Made by a program: the position numbers and the translations under genes. Below are positions 26,864-36,286 of a stretch of DNA of 64,000 nt, one piece after another. Source of the stretch: Candidatus Woesearchaeota archaeon. GTDB taxonomy: Archaea; Nanobdellota; Nanobdellia; Woesearchaeales; JAZDKJ01. The stretch lies in contig JAZDKJ010000002.1 of NCBI GenBank assembly GCA_043803105.1, positions 64,001 to 128,000 on the forward strand, read 5' to 3'. Below the pieces are notes generated by a model. It made no database searches. It was not told where the DNA came from and saw only the letters and a list, made by a program, of their open reading frames with translations. Positions within the stretch are counted from its first letter, which is position 1, and each line of letters starts with the position of its first letter.

Positions 26864-28957
26864 CTATTCCATCGGCACTTCACTCCAGAGCACCCATTCA
26901 TTGCTCGGTGAGTAAGCACCAAAAATGTAGAACGGTGGGTTAGTCACTCCATACCACCTGTCTTCCATACCGTGCCATTGTCTCGGCCCGAAACGTCCTG
27001 AGAATGTTGAATAGACAGGGCTTCCGAGGAGTGACCATGGCTCTGTGAGTATCCTACCCTCCTCAAACCTGTCCTCTCCCCAGCCCTCAGACACTATTGT
27101 GCCTGCATAGCCTTTTTTCTTGAGATAGGTAAGCACATCCTTTAGCGGGAGGTCTCCTTGTCCTGCTGGCAAGTGGTCATGCCCAAAGGAGAGCGAGTCC
27201 ACAAGGTGTATGTGCCCGATTATTTTCTTGGCTTCAAGCTCTTTTACCTCTTCCATGTACCAGTCCCTGAACCTCTTGTCTGTGTCCTGCTTTGTCTCTC
27301 CAGGTTTTGGCACAAAGTGGGCCCTCCACATTCCAAGGTGCTGTGTGTCTAGTGTCGCCTTGATGTGGTCTTCTGCCTCTTTTGCTGCCTGCTCTTTTGT
27401 CATCCCTGATACATAGTTTGGGTTGGACACTTTTGTTAGCTTGAAATCCTTGTCAAACCTTCTTTGAGGATCGTCTATCATTGGTTGTGTGAGCGCCTTG
27501 ATCATCTCTTCCCTTGCCTTTGATACCAATTCCTTGAGTTCTTCAGGGTGTGAGCCGTATCCCATTTCCGGGAATATGTTTTCCGGCGCCACAAAAAGCG
27601 GTTTTTTTACATGCTGGTTTGTTGTGGTCTGCTGCATTGCGTGTATTCCTGCCTCTGCGTAAGATTTGAATGTCTGCTCTTTTGCGTATTCGCTCACTGG
27701 CTTGACATGGTCGAGTGTGTCCTGTATTGTGTCTGCCTGCGCGTCTGCTGCTGCGCTTGCCTCATGGGTATACTGCAGCCCTTGTTCTATCTGTCGCAGG
27801 TCCTCTTTGATGATTTCAGTAGGCAACCTACTGGTAGGCAGCACAAATTTTGCCGAGCTTCCGTAAATTCTCGGCGCATCCTGTTGCATTATTTTCCATA
27901 CCTCCTCTTTGGGCATCTCCTTTTCGAGCTTCTCATAGATTTTTAATGCCTGCCTTAATGCCTCGGCAGACCGTCTCTGCTCCTCATATTGCCTGCCGTG
28001 ATAGAGCGATGAGCCCCTGTACTGAAGCATCTGCGTTTGCATCTGTATCTTGAATGCCATCTCCTCTGCGGTGATCTGCTTGTTTAGGTTCTTCTCGTTT
28101 TCCCATTTGGTTCGCTCTTCGATTTCTGTCCAGCCCAGCTTTTGCGTCTTGAATCTTGATTCCTTTGGGTCCCAGATTGCCACTCTCTTGAATAGGTCGT
28201 TTGGGTTTATTGGGTCAAGATAATGCCCCTCGCCATCTATCCAATCTCCTTTGTGAATCTTCACTTTGTTTCCACGAAGGTCTTCTCCTTCGTGTTCATG
28301 GTCTGCTGACTTGTACTCAGGCTCCCTTATCACTTGGCTTTTTCGCACGTCAGAGATTATCCTTCCTGTTCTGTCGTCCACCATGTATGTTATGGCCCTT
28401 CCCGGTTCTTCCTGGTAGCCCAGGAATCTGTAACTGCCATCAGGCTCTTTTGCCCATTTCTGTTCTGATATTGGCCTTTGGAATTCTCCTGTGTGCAGCA
28501 CTACCGCTCCCCCCTGCGCAACGTCTGCTGCAAAGTCTATTGCTTTCTTTATCTCTTCGACTGATGTTTTTCTCTGCTCGTCAGAAAATCCGTGTTGCGG
28601 ATTAAAGCCCGAGAGATTGCCTATCTGGACAGGCGAGTGCACGCTTGTGAACTCAACCCCAGCTGCCTCCTTCATCTCGCGTAGCGCCTCTCTCGCTTCC
28701 CTTCCATAGCTGCCTGCACCTACCGCTTCTGCGCCCCCACCCATGCTTGTTGCAAGCTCAATTTTTCCAGCGCCAGCCCTTATTGCTGCTGTGGTGCTCT
28801 GTATCAGATGTCCTAGCCTTCCTCCCTCGCCCACTGTCTGCCCCAGCGCTGAGGTAGGCATTATCGGTTCTATCGGCTTTTCAATGTCAACAATCTCGTC
28901 TGCCAGTTTGCCGTAGCCAGAAAGGTATGGGTGCGCGTACATATTGTTGAACATCAT
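26864..28957 (-). CDS. Xylose-isomerase-like/endonuclease IV-type TIM barrel metalloenzyme with large insertions
   Basis: SVHSP, VLHTGE, PEN, LDTQH, HIHLVD, HDHLPAGQGD and IVSE; ATGA overlap with the upstream gene. Confidence 0.8.
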   Translation of the reverse strand: MMFNNMYAHPYLSGYGKLADEIVDIEKPIEPIMPTSALGQTVGEGGRLGHLIQSTTAAIRAGAGKIELATSMGGGAEAVGAGSYGREAREALREMKEAAGVEFTSVHSPVQIGNLSGFNPQHGFSDEQRKTSVEEIKKAIDFAADVAQGGAVVLHTGEFQRPISEQKWAKEPDGSYRFLGYQEEPGRAITYMVDDRTGRIISDVRKSQVIREPEYKSADHEHEGEDLRGNKVKIHKGDWIDGEGHYLDPINPNDLFKRVAIWDPKESRFKTQKLGWTEIEERTKWENEKNLNKQITAEEMAFKIQMQTQMLQYRGSSLYHGRQYEEQRRSAEALRQALKIYEKLEKEMPKEEVWKIMQQDAPRIYGSSAKFVLPTSRLPTEIIKEDLRQIEQGLQYTHEASAAADAQADTIQDTLDHVKPVSEYAKEQTFKSYAEAGIHAMQQTTTNQHVKKPLFVAPENIFPEMGYGSHPEELKELVSKAREEMIKALTQPMIDDPQRRFDKDFKLTKVSNPNYVSGMTKEQAAKEAEDHIKATLDTQHLGMWRAHFVPKPGETKQDTDKRFRDWYMEEVKELEAKKIIGHIHLVDSLSFGHDHLPAGQGDLPLKDVLTYLKKKGYAGTIVSEGWGEDRFEEGRILTEPWSLLGSPVYSTFSGRFGPRQWHGMEDRWYGVTNPPFYIFGAYSPSNEWVLWSEVPME

Positions 28958-29547
28958 TGTTGATACCACTCCAGGAAGCTTTTTGCCATTTTTTGCGAGG
29001 CATTGAACTCTTCCGCCAGGTGCCCAGGTACCCTATAATCCTGCTGCTTGTCCATGCGCTCGCGCTCTCCTGCCTCCACGTATGCATGCATTATGTGCTC
29101 CCTTGTCTCCTGTGCCAGATATCCCTTATCTTGTATCTCTTGTTTTGCCTCGTTGTAAAGGTTGTGAACCTCTGATATGAATTCTTCTGTCGGCCTCTTG
29201 AGGTGTGCTATAACGTATTGCCTTTCCTCCTGAATTTTCTTTTGAAGCCCGACATCTTTTATAGTCTCTTCAAGGCTCTCTTCCTGTGTTTCTGTCTTGT
29301 CGGCAAACCTTTTGGTTGCAAATATCTGCTTTTCCTCCCTGGTGAACAGATTTTCTATGTTCACTGACCTTGCTTGAGGTATAGGCATCTCTTTCTTTAT
29401 TTCCTCCTCCCTGCCTATCTCGTTTTCTGACTCGCTGATTAGCTTTCTTGCCTCCTCAATCTCTTTCTTTTTTTCCTCCTCCATCTGCTTTAGCACTCTT
29501 ATTCTCTCTTCAGGAGACATTTTTTTGAGGTCTTCTAGCTTTGCCAT
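28954..29547 (-). CDS. Hypothetical coiled-coil protein
   Basis: E/K-rich helical sequence, translationally coupled to the downstream gene. Confidence 0.8.
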   Translation of the reverse strand: MAKLEDLKKMSPEERIRVLKQMEEEKKKEIEEARKLISESENEIGREEEIKKEMPIPQARSVNIENLFTREEKQIFATKRFADKTETQEESLEETIKDVGLQKKIQEERQYVIAHLKRPTEEFISEVHNLYNEAKQEIQDKGYLAQETREHIMHAYVEAGERERMDKQQDYRVPGHLAEEFNASQKMAKSFLEWYQQ

Positions 29548-29568
29548 GTTTTTACGAAAAAAAGTAAG

Positions 29569-30999
29569 TTACCACGCTATCATCTGGTTTGCTTTCTTGT
29601 AGTTCTTGTATACAAGCCACATCTTTGCCCTTGCAGCCCCCATCGCATTGCCAACCTCTTTTTCCTGCTTGAAAGGGTCCATTGCCTTTTCTCCTTTTTT
29701 TTCTTTTTTCGGCACGAGTGCGTCAGCAAACTCCGCAAATCCCTTTCCCACGCTTGCCAACGGGTCAAACACATTCATTTTAGGCTTCTCAACCTTGGCT
29801 GGCACCTTTGTTTCCACAGATTCTCCTGCTTCCTGTAGGTATTTCTGCAGCTCCTCGCCAAGCGCCTCCATTGCTGCTTTTACTGAGCCGTCAATCAACC
29901 CTATCATTTCAAAGTTCTCGAGGTTTCTCATTTTCTTGTAGCATTCCACGTCATTGTCTGTCCATGCATAAGGCCGCAATGTTATCCTGAGCTCTCCCAC
30001 ATGGAGAGGCCCTCTTTGGTATCCTTCCTGAACATAGCTCATCTGGGGCATTGTCCTGTATTGGAATGATGCAAGCACCACTCCCTTGTATTTGCTGTTT
30101 CCCGCCGGAGTGAACTTTGCTAAAAACTCTATCTCTATCATCGAGCCCTCGAAAGCTGAGATCAGGTCAGGCGTCTCTGCCTTTGCGGCATCTAACTGGA
30201 GCCTTTGGATGTTTTTTAGATAAGGTTTTACCCAGCTCATATACATCTGGATTATGTCATAATGCTGCCTTAAGTATTTGAGCGTGAAATTGTGCCTGCT
30301 CTGCAGTTCTTTGTAGGTTGCCTCCTTCCATTTCATGAAGCTTAACAGTTTTCTTTTGAGCACGTTCTTTACAGCCTTGTTGAACTGTAGCTTATCGACC
30401 ACAGTACCGACTTCCTCTGAAGTATCCGGGTTTGTGCCGAAGAATAGATCAGGCAGGGTCGTGAACTGTAAGTCCCTTGCCATCCCATACACTGATGCAG
30501 GGCTTTTTGCCCCTCCCTCAGCCATGTCTATGAAAATCCCCTTTAGGGTTATCTCTGCCGGTTCAGCCTCCTTGGCGCTAGGTGAATTGCTTTGCTCATA
30601 GTAGGACAGCCTTTCCTTTAGGATTCTTATCTCCCTTACCAATTGGAACAGCTCCTTTACCATCTTTCCGATTGTTGCCAGGAATTGGGAAACCTTGTCC
30701 TGCTGCAGCCCAATCCTTTGCTGCGCCACCCCAAAGAATGCCGAGTGCTCAGATGCTGCAAACACGTCAGTGATTTTTTCCACATCTATCATCGCCATGT
30801 CATAGCGCAGGTAATTAAGTATCCAGAAGTAAGATGCCTCTATCGATGTTGAGAATGAGTCATGCACAAGCCTGTACCTGAACTTGTTTGCCGGATAGTC
30901 CAGTATTGCCATCTGTTCTATTCCAAACTCTACCTCTTCGCGCTTGTATTCCTTGAAATAGTCCTCTTTTGTTTTTATATCCTCAGGCTTTATTGGCAA
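29569..30999 (-). CDS. Hypothetical protein (476 aa, soluble, partly coiled-coil)
   Basis: Long ORF; TTG start preceded by GAGGTGA. Confidence 0.85.
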   Translation of the reverse strand: MPIKPEDIKTKEDYFKEYKREEVEFGIEQMAILDYPANKFRYRLVHDSFSTSIEASYFWILNYLRYDMAMIDVEKITDVFAASEHSAFFGVAQQRIGLQQDKVSQFLATIGKMVKELFQLVREIRILKERLSYYEQSNSPSAKEAEPAEITLKGIFIDMAEGGAKSPASVYGMARDLQFTTLPDLFFGTNPDTSEEVGTVVDKLQFNKAVKNVLKRKLLSFMKWKEATYKELQSRHNFTLKYLRQHYDIIQMYMSWVKPYLKNIQRLQLDAAKAETPDLISAFEGSMIEIEFLAKFTPAGNSKYKGVVLASFQYRTMPQMSYVQEGYQRGPLHVGELRITLRPYAWTDNDVECYKKMRNLENFEMIGLIDGSVKAAMEALGEELQKYLQEAGESVETKVPAKVEKPKMNVFDPLASVGKGFAEFADALVPKKEKKGEKAMDPFKQEKEVGNAMGAARAKMWLVYKNYKKANQMIAW

Positions 31000-31047
31000 C
31001 CATTCACCTCTTTTGGATTTTCTTTCTTTTTGCGTTTATAATTATTT

Positions 31048-31296
31048 CTATTGTTCGCGGAATTTCGCCCTGCGCTTTTCCTTTATGATTACCACGTTTC
31101 CTCTTTGGAAAATCAAATCTGACTGTGTCCCTTTGATTATCTTTTTGATGGTGTCTTCCCTTTCCGCATTCTCCAGGCTGCTCTTCAATATCTTTATTTT
31201 CACTGTCTTTCGCGCCCTTAATTGTTTTATGATTTCTTCTAATGTGTTTTCTGTTACTCCGTTTTTTCCTATTTGCACTGTGGTTGATTCAATCAC
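31048..31296 (-). CDS. YhbY/CRM RNA-binding protein
   Basis: TVQIGKNGVT..LEEI..QL....VKIKIL and RGNVVII. Confidence 0.85.
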   Translation of the reverse strand: MIESTTVQIGKNGVTENTLEEIIKQLRARKTVKIKILKSSLENAEREDTIKKIIKGTQSDLIFQRGNVVIIKEKRRAKFREQ

Positions 31297-32999
31297 TTTT
31301 GCTGCCTCGGGTGCTCGTGCCCTAGTTCCTTTCTTTTCTTCAATTCAGCTATGTGGCACAACTTGGTTATCACTATTTTCTCACTGTCATTTGTTGCTTC
31401 TTCAAGTATGATCGATGCCCTGTCTCCCCCAAGGAAGTGTGGCAGAATCACATAATCTGCCCCGTAATCATAGAGCTTTAGTGCCTCGTCCAACTTATTT
31501 GCCGTCACAAATATGGCAGCCTTTTCGTTTACGTGCTTGATTTTTTTTATCAGGAGCATGTTATCAAATAGGTTTGGCACTGTTGAGATTATGAAGTGCG
31601 CGTCTTTAAGGTTGATTTTTTCCAGTATTTCCACATCGCTTATGTCTCCATACACACAGTGGATTTTTTCCTTGATAAGCTTCTTTATTACATCAGGGTT
31701 GTAATCAACAACAAGCCAGCTTTTGCCTATTTTGTTCATTGTGTTTGCAATGGAATAGCCAATCCTATCATAGCCGATTAGCACCACATCGTATTGCTTG
31801 TTCTCTTCCCTGTACTCCAAGTCCCCAAATCCTCTCCGATCGAACATGGTTAACTTGCTGGCTAGAATGTTATACAGCTGGTTGTCGTACTTGCTTAGGT
31901 ATGTTGTCCATGTCATGCTCACCACAGCAAGCATTACTGCGAGTGACGCAAGCTCTACTGACACCTGGCCGAGCATAAGTCCCTGTGCTGCTATTATTAG
32001 CGAGAACTCTGAGATCTGGGGTAAGCTAATTGCAGTGAAAAATGAGGTTCTCTTGGTGTAGCCAAAGAAATAGCAGATTGCCATTGTGATTAGTGGCTTA
32101 AGCACTATGATGAGTACCAGGAATATAAGGAAGGGCATTATGATTCTTTCTATTCCGTTGTACGGAAGCTGCATTCCGAGGGCCACGAAGAAAAGTGTTG
32201 AGAAAAAGTCCCTTAGGGGTTTTACCCTGCTTACAATCTCAAGGTTGTATGGCAGATTTGCAAGTGTTATCCCTGCAATAAAACCCCCTATCGCAATTGA
32301 GAAGCCTATATATGATGCAATAATTGAGAATACAAAGCATGTGGTGATTGACATCAGGAACAAGAGCTCTTGCGAGTGCGCGGCAAACCTGAATATTGAT
32401 GGGAATATGTACCTGCTTACTATTATTGCGGCTGCAAACACGCTGATTGCTTTCATTATCAGTAGGACTGTTGTCCCCATCCCTGCGCTTCCAGAGTTTG
32501 ACAATAGTGATATCGCGATTATCGCAAAGATGTCTTCCATGAGAAGTATGCCCACCACAATCCTTCCGTGCAAGGTTCCAAGGGTCTTATTGTCTGACAT
32601 CAGCTTTACCACTACCATGGTTGAGCTAAAAGCCAGGATTAGCCCTATATAAGTGAGTTCAACACGGGAGAAAGCGTGCGAGACGAATGCCACAAAATAG
32701 CCAAAGCCGAACAGGAAAAGGATTTGCAGTGTTCCTCCGACGCTAGCCACTAAGCCGATGTCCTTTAGCTTTTTTAGGTCCAGCTCAAGCCCCACTACAA
32801 AGAGCAGGAATGCTATCCCGATTTCTGAGAAGGTTATTATCAGTCTTGTGTCCTTGATTAAGCCAAGGCAGAAAGGTCCGATTAATAGGCCGGTAAGGAT
32901 ATATGCAGGCATTAGTGGTTGTTTGAGCAGTCTTGAAGCATAGGCAAATATGGTTGCTACCACCACAACTATTGCTACGTCAACAAAGAGTTGTTCCAT
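31293..32999 (-). CDS. CPA2/Kef-type cation:proton antiporter with C-terminal KTN (TrkA-N) domain
   Basis: FLLFVVGLE, SSTMVV, LLMED, LRDFF..LFFV, QISEF, then GYDRIG...YGD. Confidence 0.93.
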   Translation of the reverse strand: MEQLFVDVAIVVVVATIFAYASRLLKQPLMPAYILTGLLIGPFCLGLIKDTRLIITFSEIGIAFLLFVVGLELDLKKLKDIGLVASVGGTLQILFLFGFGYFVAFVSHAFSRVELTYIGLILAFSSTMVVVKLMSDNKTLGTLHGRIVVGILLMEDIFAIIAISLLSNSGSAGMGTTVLLIMKAISVFAAAIIVSRYIFPSIFRFAAHSQELLFLMSITTCFVFSIIASYIGFSIAIGGFIAGITLANLPYNLEIVSRVKPLRDFFSTLFFVALGMQLPYNGIERIIMPFLIFLVLIIVLKPLITMAICYFFGYTKRTSFFTAISLPQISEFSLIIAAQGLMLGQVSVELASLAVMLAVVSMTWTTYLSKYDNQLYNILASKLTMFDRRGFGDLEYREENKQYDVVLIGYDRIGYSIANTMNKIGKSWLVVDYNPDVIKKLIKEKIHCVYGDISDVEILEKINLKDAHFIISTVPNLFDNMLLIKKIKHVNEKAAIFVTANKLDEALKLYDYGADYVILPHFLGGDRASIILEEATNDSEKIVITKLCHIAELKKRKELGHEHPRQQK

Positions 33000-33798
33000 T
33001 CTGCCTCACGTTCTTTATGTCCCTTAAAAGGTCGCTTGCAATGAAGCTATAGCCTCTCTTTTTCTTTTCAAGGTCTCCTGTTAATCCGTTTATGTACGCA
33101 GCCATTTTGGCTGCAGCAAATAATTCAATTCCTTGTGCAACTAATCCTGCACACAAACCGGCAAGTACATCTCCAGTTCCTGCCTTTGTCATGCCTTGGT
33201 TTCCTGTTTTGTTGTACACCATCTTTTTTTCAGACATGATCCTGTCGATTCTGCCTTTGATGATTAGCACGTTTGTCCCAAGGCTTGCTCTTATCTCTTG
33301 TGGCTTAAGCCGAGAGTTCTTGCACAATATCTCGAACTCTTTTTGATGTGGTGTGAGAATTGAATTGCTAGCTTCCTGTATCCTGATCGCCTTTATCGCG
33401 TCTGCATCAATGACCTTTGGGATTTTCACTTGTCTTAAGATATCCTTGATTGCTTTTGCAGTCTCCTTTCTCCCTCCGAGTCCGTTTCCAATCAGCATCA
33501 CGTCGCTCTTCCTGCCCAATAAAATGATCTGCTTGACATGGCTCTTTTTCAGATACTCTCCCTTTAGTTTTACCGTCATCAAATCCGGGCTCATGCAATT
33601 GATTGCCCAAGCAACCTTTTCAGGTGTAGCGATCAAAACACTGTCGCATCCAGCCCTTAACGCTGCGATGCCGGCAAGAGCCACTGCACCAACATATTCC
33701 CTTGAGCCTCCGACTATCAAAACCCTGCCGTTGTCGCCCTTGTGCGAATCCTTGTTATGCAGCCTGAAGCGCAAATCCTTCTTACTTACGAATTTCAT
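32980..33798 (-). CDS. nnrD: ADP-dependent NAD(P)H-hydrate dehydratase
   Basis: SHKGDNGRVLIVGGS..YVGA, VIDADA, LTPH..EF and AGTGDVLAG. Confidence 0.93.
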   Translation of the reverse strand: MKFVSKKDLRFRLHNKDSHKGDNGRVLIVGGSREYVGAVALAGIAALRAGCDSVLIATPEKVAWAINCMSPDLMTVKLKGEYLKKSHVKQIILLGRKSDVMLIGNGLGGRKETAKAIKDILRQVKIPKVIDADAIKAIRIQEASNSILTPHQKEFEILCKNSRLKPQEIRASLGTNVLIIKGRIDRIMSEKKMVYNKTGNQGMTKAGTGDVLAGLCAGLVAQGIELFAAAKMAAYINGLTGDLEKKKRGYSFIASDLLRDIKNVRQNGTTLC

Positions 33799-33940
33799 CT
33801 TCCCTCTTTATCACCAGGTTTCCTTTTTCGTCAAGCTCGAACGTAAGTTTGTCTCCCTTCTTCCATCCCTTTGCGATTGCCAACTGCTTCGGCAAAGTAA
33901 TCTTGAACTGCTTGTTCTGGTCGTACTGAAGTTTCACCAT
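33782..33940 (-). CDS. AbrB/MazE/SpoVT-family DNA-binding protein (52 aa), not in ORF track
   Basis: Manual translation MVKLQYDQNKQFKITLPKQLAIAKGWKKGDKLTFELDEKGNLVIKREDEIRK fits the swapped-hairpin pattern ITLPK...GW..GD.L; overlaps the nnrD start. Confidence 0.85.
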   Translation of the reverse strand: MVKLQYDQNKQFKITLPKQLAIAKGWKKGDKLTFELDEKGNLVIKREDEIRK

Positions 33941-33951
33941 TTTCTATATTA

Positions 33952-33967
33952 TGTATATTAATATACA
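33952..33967. promoter_or_regulatory. Perfect 16-bp palindrome, candidate operator for the AbrB-like gene
   Basis: TGTATATTAATATACA 12 bp upstream of the ATG; related TGTATAATATAC at 33988. Confidence 0.5.
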
Positions 33968-34106
33968 CTTTATTATATTTTTTAATATGTATAATATACC
34001 TTTTTGTATATCTATTTAAACTTTTCTACCAGAAAGTCTTTCCACTGCTCAGTATCTTGCCAAAGAAACAGTGAGCTTTTTAACAGAATACTGATTTTTT
34101 GTTGGC

Positions 34107-34415
34107 ATGACTGCTGACTTAAGAGCATTGCGCTCTTTATACAAGGAGCTTAATTCTCGTTATATTGCACTTAACAAGTCAAGGATTGGCCAAGAAAGCA
34201 TCAAAGATTCCCTGTATCTCGAAAGAAATCTCGAGCACGTGTTGCCGAACAAGATTTCGGATCTAGGTTATATTCCTCAGGATGGAGGCATCGAACCCCA
34301 AGTTGAACAGATGTTTGACCTCCTTGCCAAAGTTGAAGATGTTGTGTCTAAGTATGAGCAACAACAGAAACCCTTCTCACTCACACAACCAACAAAACCT
34401 TCATTGTTTTCTTGA
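34107..34415 (+). CDS. Hypothetical protein
   Basis: 102-aa ORF with a TATA-like TTTTTAA upstream. Confidence 0.55.
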   Translation: MTADLRALRSLYKELNSRYIALNKSRIGQESIKDSLYLERNLEHVLPNKISDLGYIPQDGGIEPQVEQMFDLLAKVEDVVSKYEQQQKPFSLTQPTKPSLFS

Positions 34416-34525
34416 GATTATTCCTCCAGCAATCCTTGTTGCGCTGGCAGCAAAAAAAATCCGTTTGGTCGATCAGCTGTGGCGACAAATATCTTGACTC
34501 CACTCACCGAGGATTCCTATGGTTT

Positions 34526-35218
34526 TCATGGCTTCAATGCATATTGCAATATTGCTTTGGCATGCAGAGTTGCAGTGTCATATGTTATAATTGGACTGTC
34601 CTCTGGTTTAATTAATAAAGGTATTTCTGTGCAGCCAAGGATGACTCCTTCACATCCTCGTTCCTGCAGACTTTCAATTACGTTCTTGTAAGCACCCCTC
34701 GAAGAGTCTTTGATTACTCCGTGCACAAGCTCATCCCAAATAATGTTGTCAATCATTTTCATCTGGGTTTGATAAGGAACTACAGTCTTAATATTTTGCT
34801 TGGACAATACTTTTTGGTAGAAATCAGCCTGCATTGTGAATCTTGTCCCAATGAGCCCCACTGTTCGGATTTTGTCAATATTCACTTGTTCTGCTGTTGC
34901 CTCCATTATGCTAATCAAGTCAAGGGGAGATTTTGCATCAATCATCTCGAAGGCTATATGCGGCGAGTTTGTGGCAATTGCGGCAAAATCAGCACCAGCT
35001 CCTTCAAGGTCTCTTATCGCTCCAATTATCAGCCCAGCAAGGTCCGATAATCTGTGGTCTGCCATAAAGTCGGCAACTTGTTGAAGGTTGATACTTCTTA
35101 TTGTGACTTGTGGCATCTCTTGGCCTCCGAACTTCTTGTTGTATTCAGAGCAAATTATCTTGTAATACTCAATTGTAGATTCAGGACTCAAACCACCCAC
35201 AAGACCTATGTGTCGCAT
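34526..35218 (-). CDS. Aspartate/glutamate racemase family protein
   Basis: IGLVGGLSPEST..YY, ATNSPH, GLIGTRFTM and ILGCTEIP. Confidence 0.9.
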   Translation of the reverse strand: MRHIGLVGGLSPESTIEYYKIICSEYNKKFGGQEMPQVTIRSINLQQVADFMADHRLSDLAGLIIGAIRDLEGAGADFAAIATNSPHIAFEMIDAKSPLDLISIMEATAEQVNIDKIRTVGLIGTRFTMQADFYQKVLSKQNIKTVVPYQTQMKMIDNIIWDELVHGVIKDSSRGAYKNVIESLQERGCEGVILGCTEIPLLIKPEDSPIITYDTATLHAKAILQYALKP

Positions 35219-35243
35219 TAGAAAAATAGTTTTCCTCAATTAT

Positions 35244-35657
35244 TTAAAGGTTTAGCCACGAATCAATCTCTTTGGCAACTTCATGCAGGTCTGCCCATGT
35301 CCTCTCCAGGTCTTTCTCGATTTCGTCCACAAGCTGTTCAAGGTTTTCAACCCTGAGATGATAGTGGTTCTTCTCTATGGCCACAAGCCCTGCCTCTGAA
35401 AGCTTGTTCAGGTGATGAACTACAGTGCCCCTGGAAAGCCGAAGCTTCTCTCCCAGTTCGTCAGAGGTTAAGCCATGGCCCACCTTTGCTGCCTTAAGAA
35501 GTTCGATAAATATCCTGAATGATGACTTGTTCTTGTCCCTTAAAGTGAATAGCCCAAGCGATATGCCAAACCACTGCAGCTTGTCATTGATGTTCTTCTT
35601 CGCTGGCTTTGTTGACTTGACTATGGTAAACCTTTGGTAAACTGGCCGCATAACCAT
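35244..35657 (-). CDS. Winged-helix transcriptional regulator, divergent from the chaperone operon
   Basis: LTSDELGEKLRLSRGTVVHHLNKL..AGLV. Confidence 0.85.
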   Translation of the reverse strand: MVMRPVYQRFTIVKSTKPAKKNINDKLQWFGISLGLFTLRDKNKSSFRIFIELLKAAKVGHGLTSDELGEKLRLSRGTVVHHLNKLSEAGLVAIEKNHYHLRVENLEQLVDEIEKDLERTWADLHEVAKEIDSWLNL

Positions 35658-35767
35658 TGTTCAGGTACCTCGTCTATTTAAATCTTGTTTCTTTCTCTTG
35701 TAAGCATTGAGGAATTTGGACATTCAAGCATTGTTTTCAGACGATTCTCCACCTGTTAAACAAAACC

Positions 35768-35819
35768 TTTATATAGAAGTTAGTTTACTTTAATGATATT
35801 TCGTTGATTTTAAATCAAC
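35768..35819 (+). promoter_or_regulatory. TATA box and inverted repeat upstream of the hsp20-grpE-dnaK-dnaJ operon
   Basis: TTTATATA at 35768; GTTGATTT-T-AAATCAAC at 35803-35819 just before GGAGG. Confidence 0.6.
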
Positions 35820-35833
35820 AGGAGGCGATGAAT

Positions 35834-36286
35834 ATGGTATGGGATCCGTTCCAAGAAATTGAGAGAATGCACGAGGAGATTGACAGGATGTTCCAGCGCA
35901 AGGCGCAAAGATTTCCGCTACTGGCAGGACGTAATGATGTCACGCCTTACGGCCATTTCAGGATGCCTTTGGTTGAAGTGCACGACGAAGACAGGTCTGT
36001 GGTAGCAAGGTTCGAGCTTCCTGGAGTGGAGAAGGATAACATCCAGCTTAACGTGATGCAGGACTTTGTTGAGGTCAAGGTTAACAGGAAAGACGAGAAA
36101 GAAGACAAAAGTGAGGGATTCTTTAGTTATCAATCAAGCTCTCAGCAATTTTATAGGCGGTTGCCTCTTCCAGCTGAAGTTGACCCAAATAAGGCTCAGG
36201 CTGACTACAAGAACGGGGTATTGACTGTTCAAATGCCGAAGGTCAGGCACGCAATCGATAACATGAAACGGATACAGATACGATGA
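35834..36286 (+). CDS. Small heat-shock protein Hsp20
   Basis: WDPF, ELPGVEK, FYRRLPLP and A.YKNGVLTV; GGAGGCGA ribosome-binding site. Confidence 0.93.
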   Translation: MVWDPFQEIERMHEEIDRMFQRKAQRFPLLAGRNDVTPYGHFRMPLVEVHDEDRSVVARFELPGVEKDNIQLNVMQDFVEVKVNRKDEKEDKSEGFFSYQSSSQQFYRRLPLPAEVDPNKAQADYKNGVLTVQMPKVRHAIDNMKRIQIR

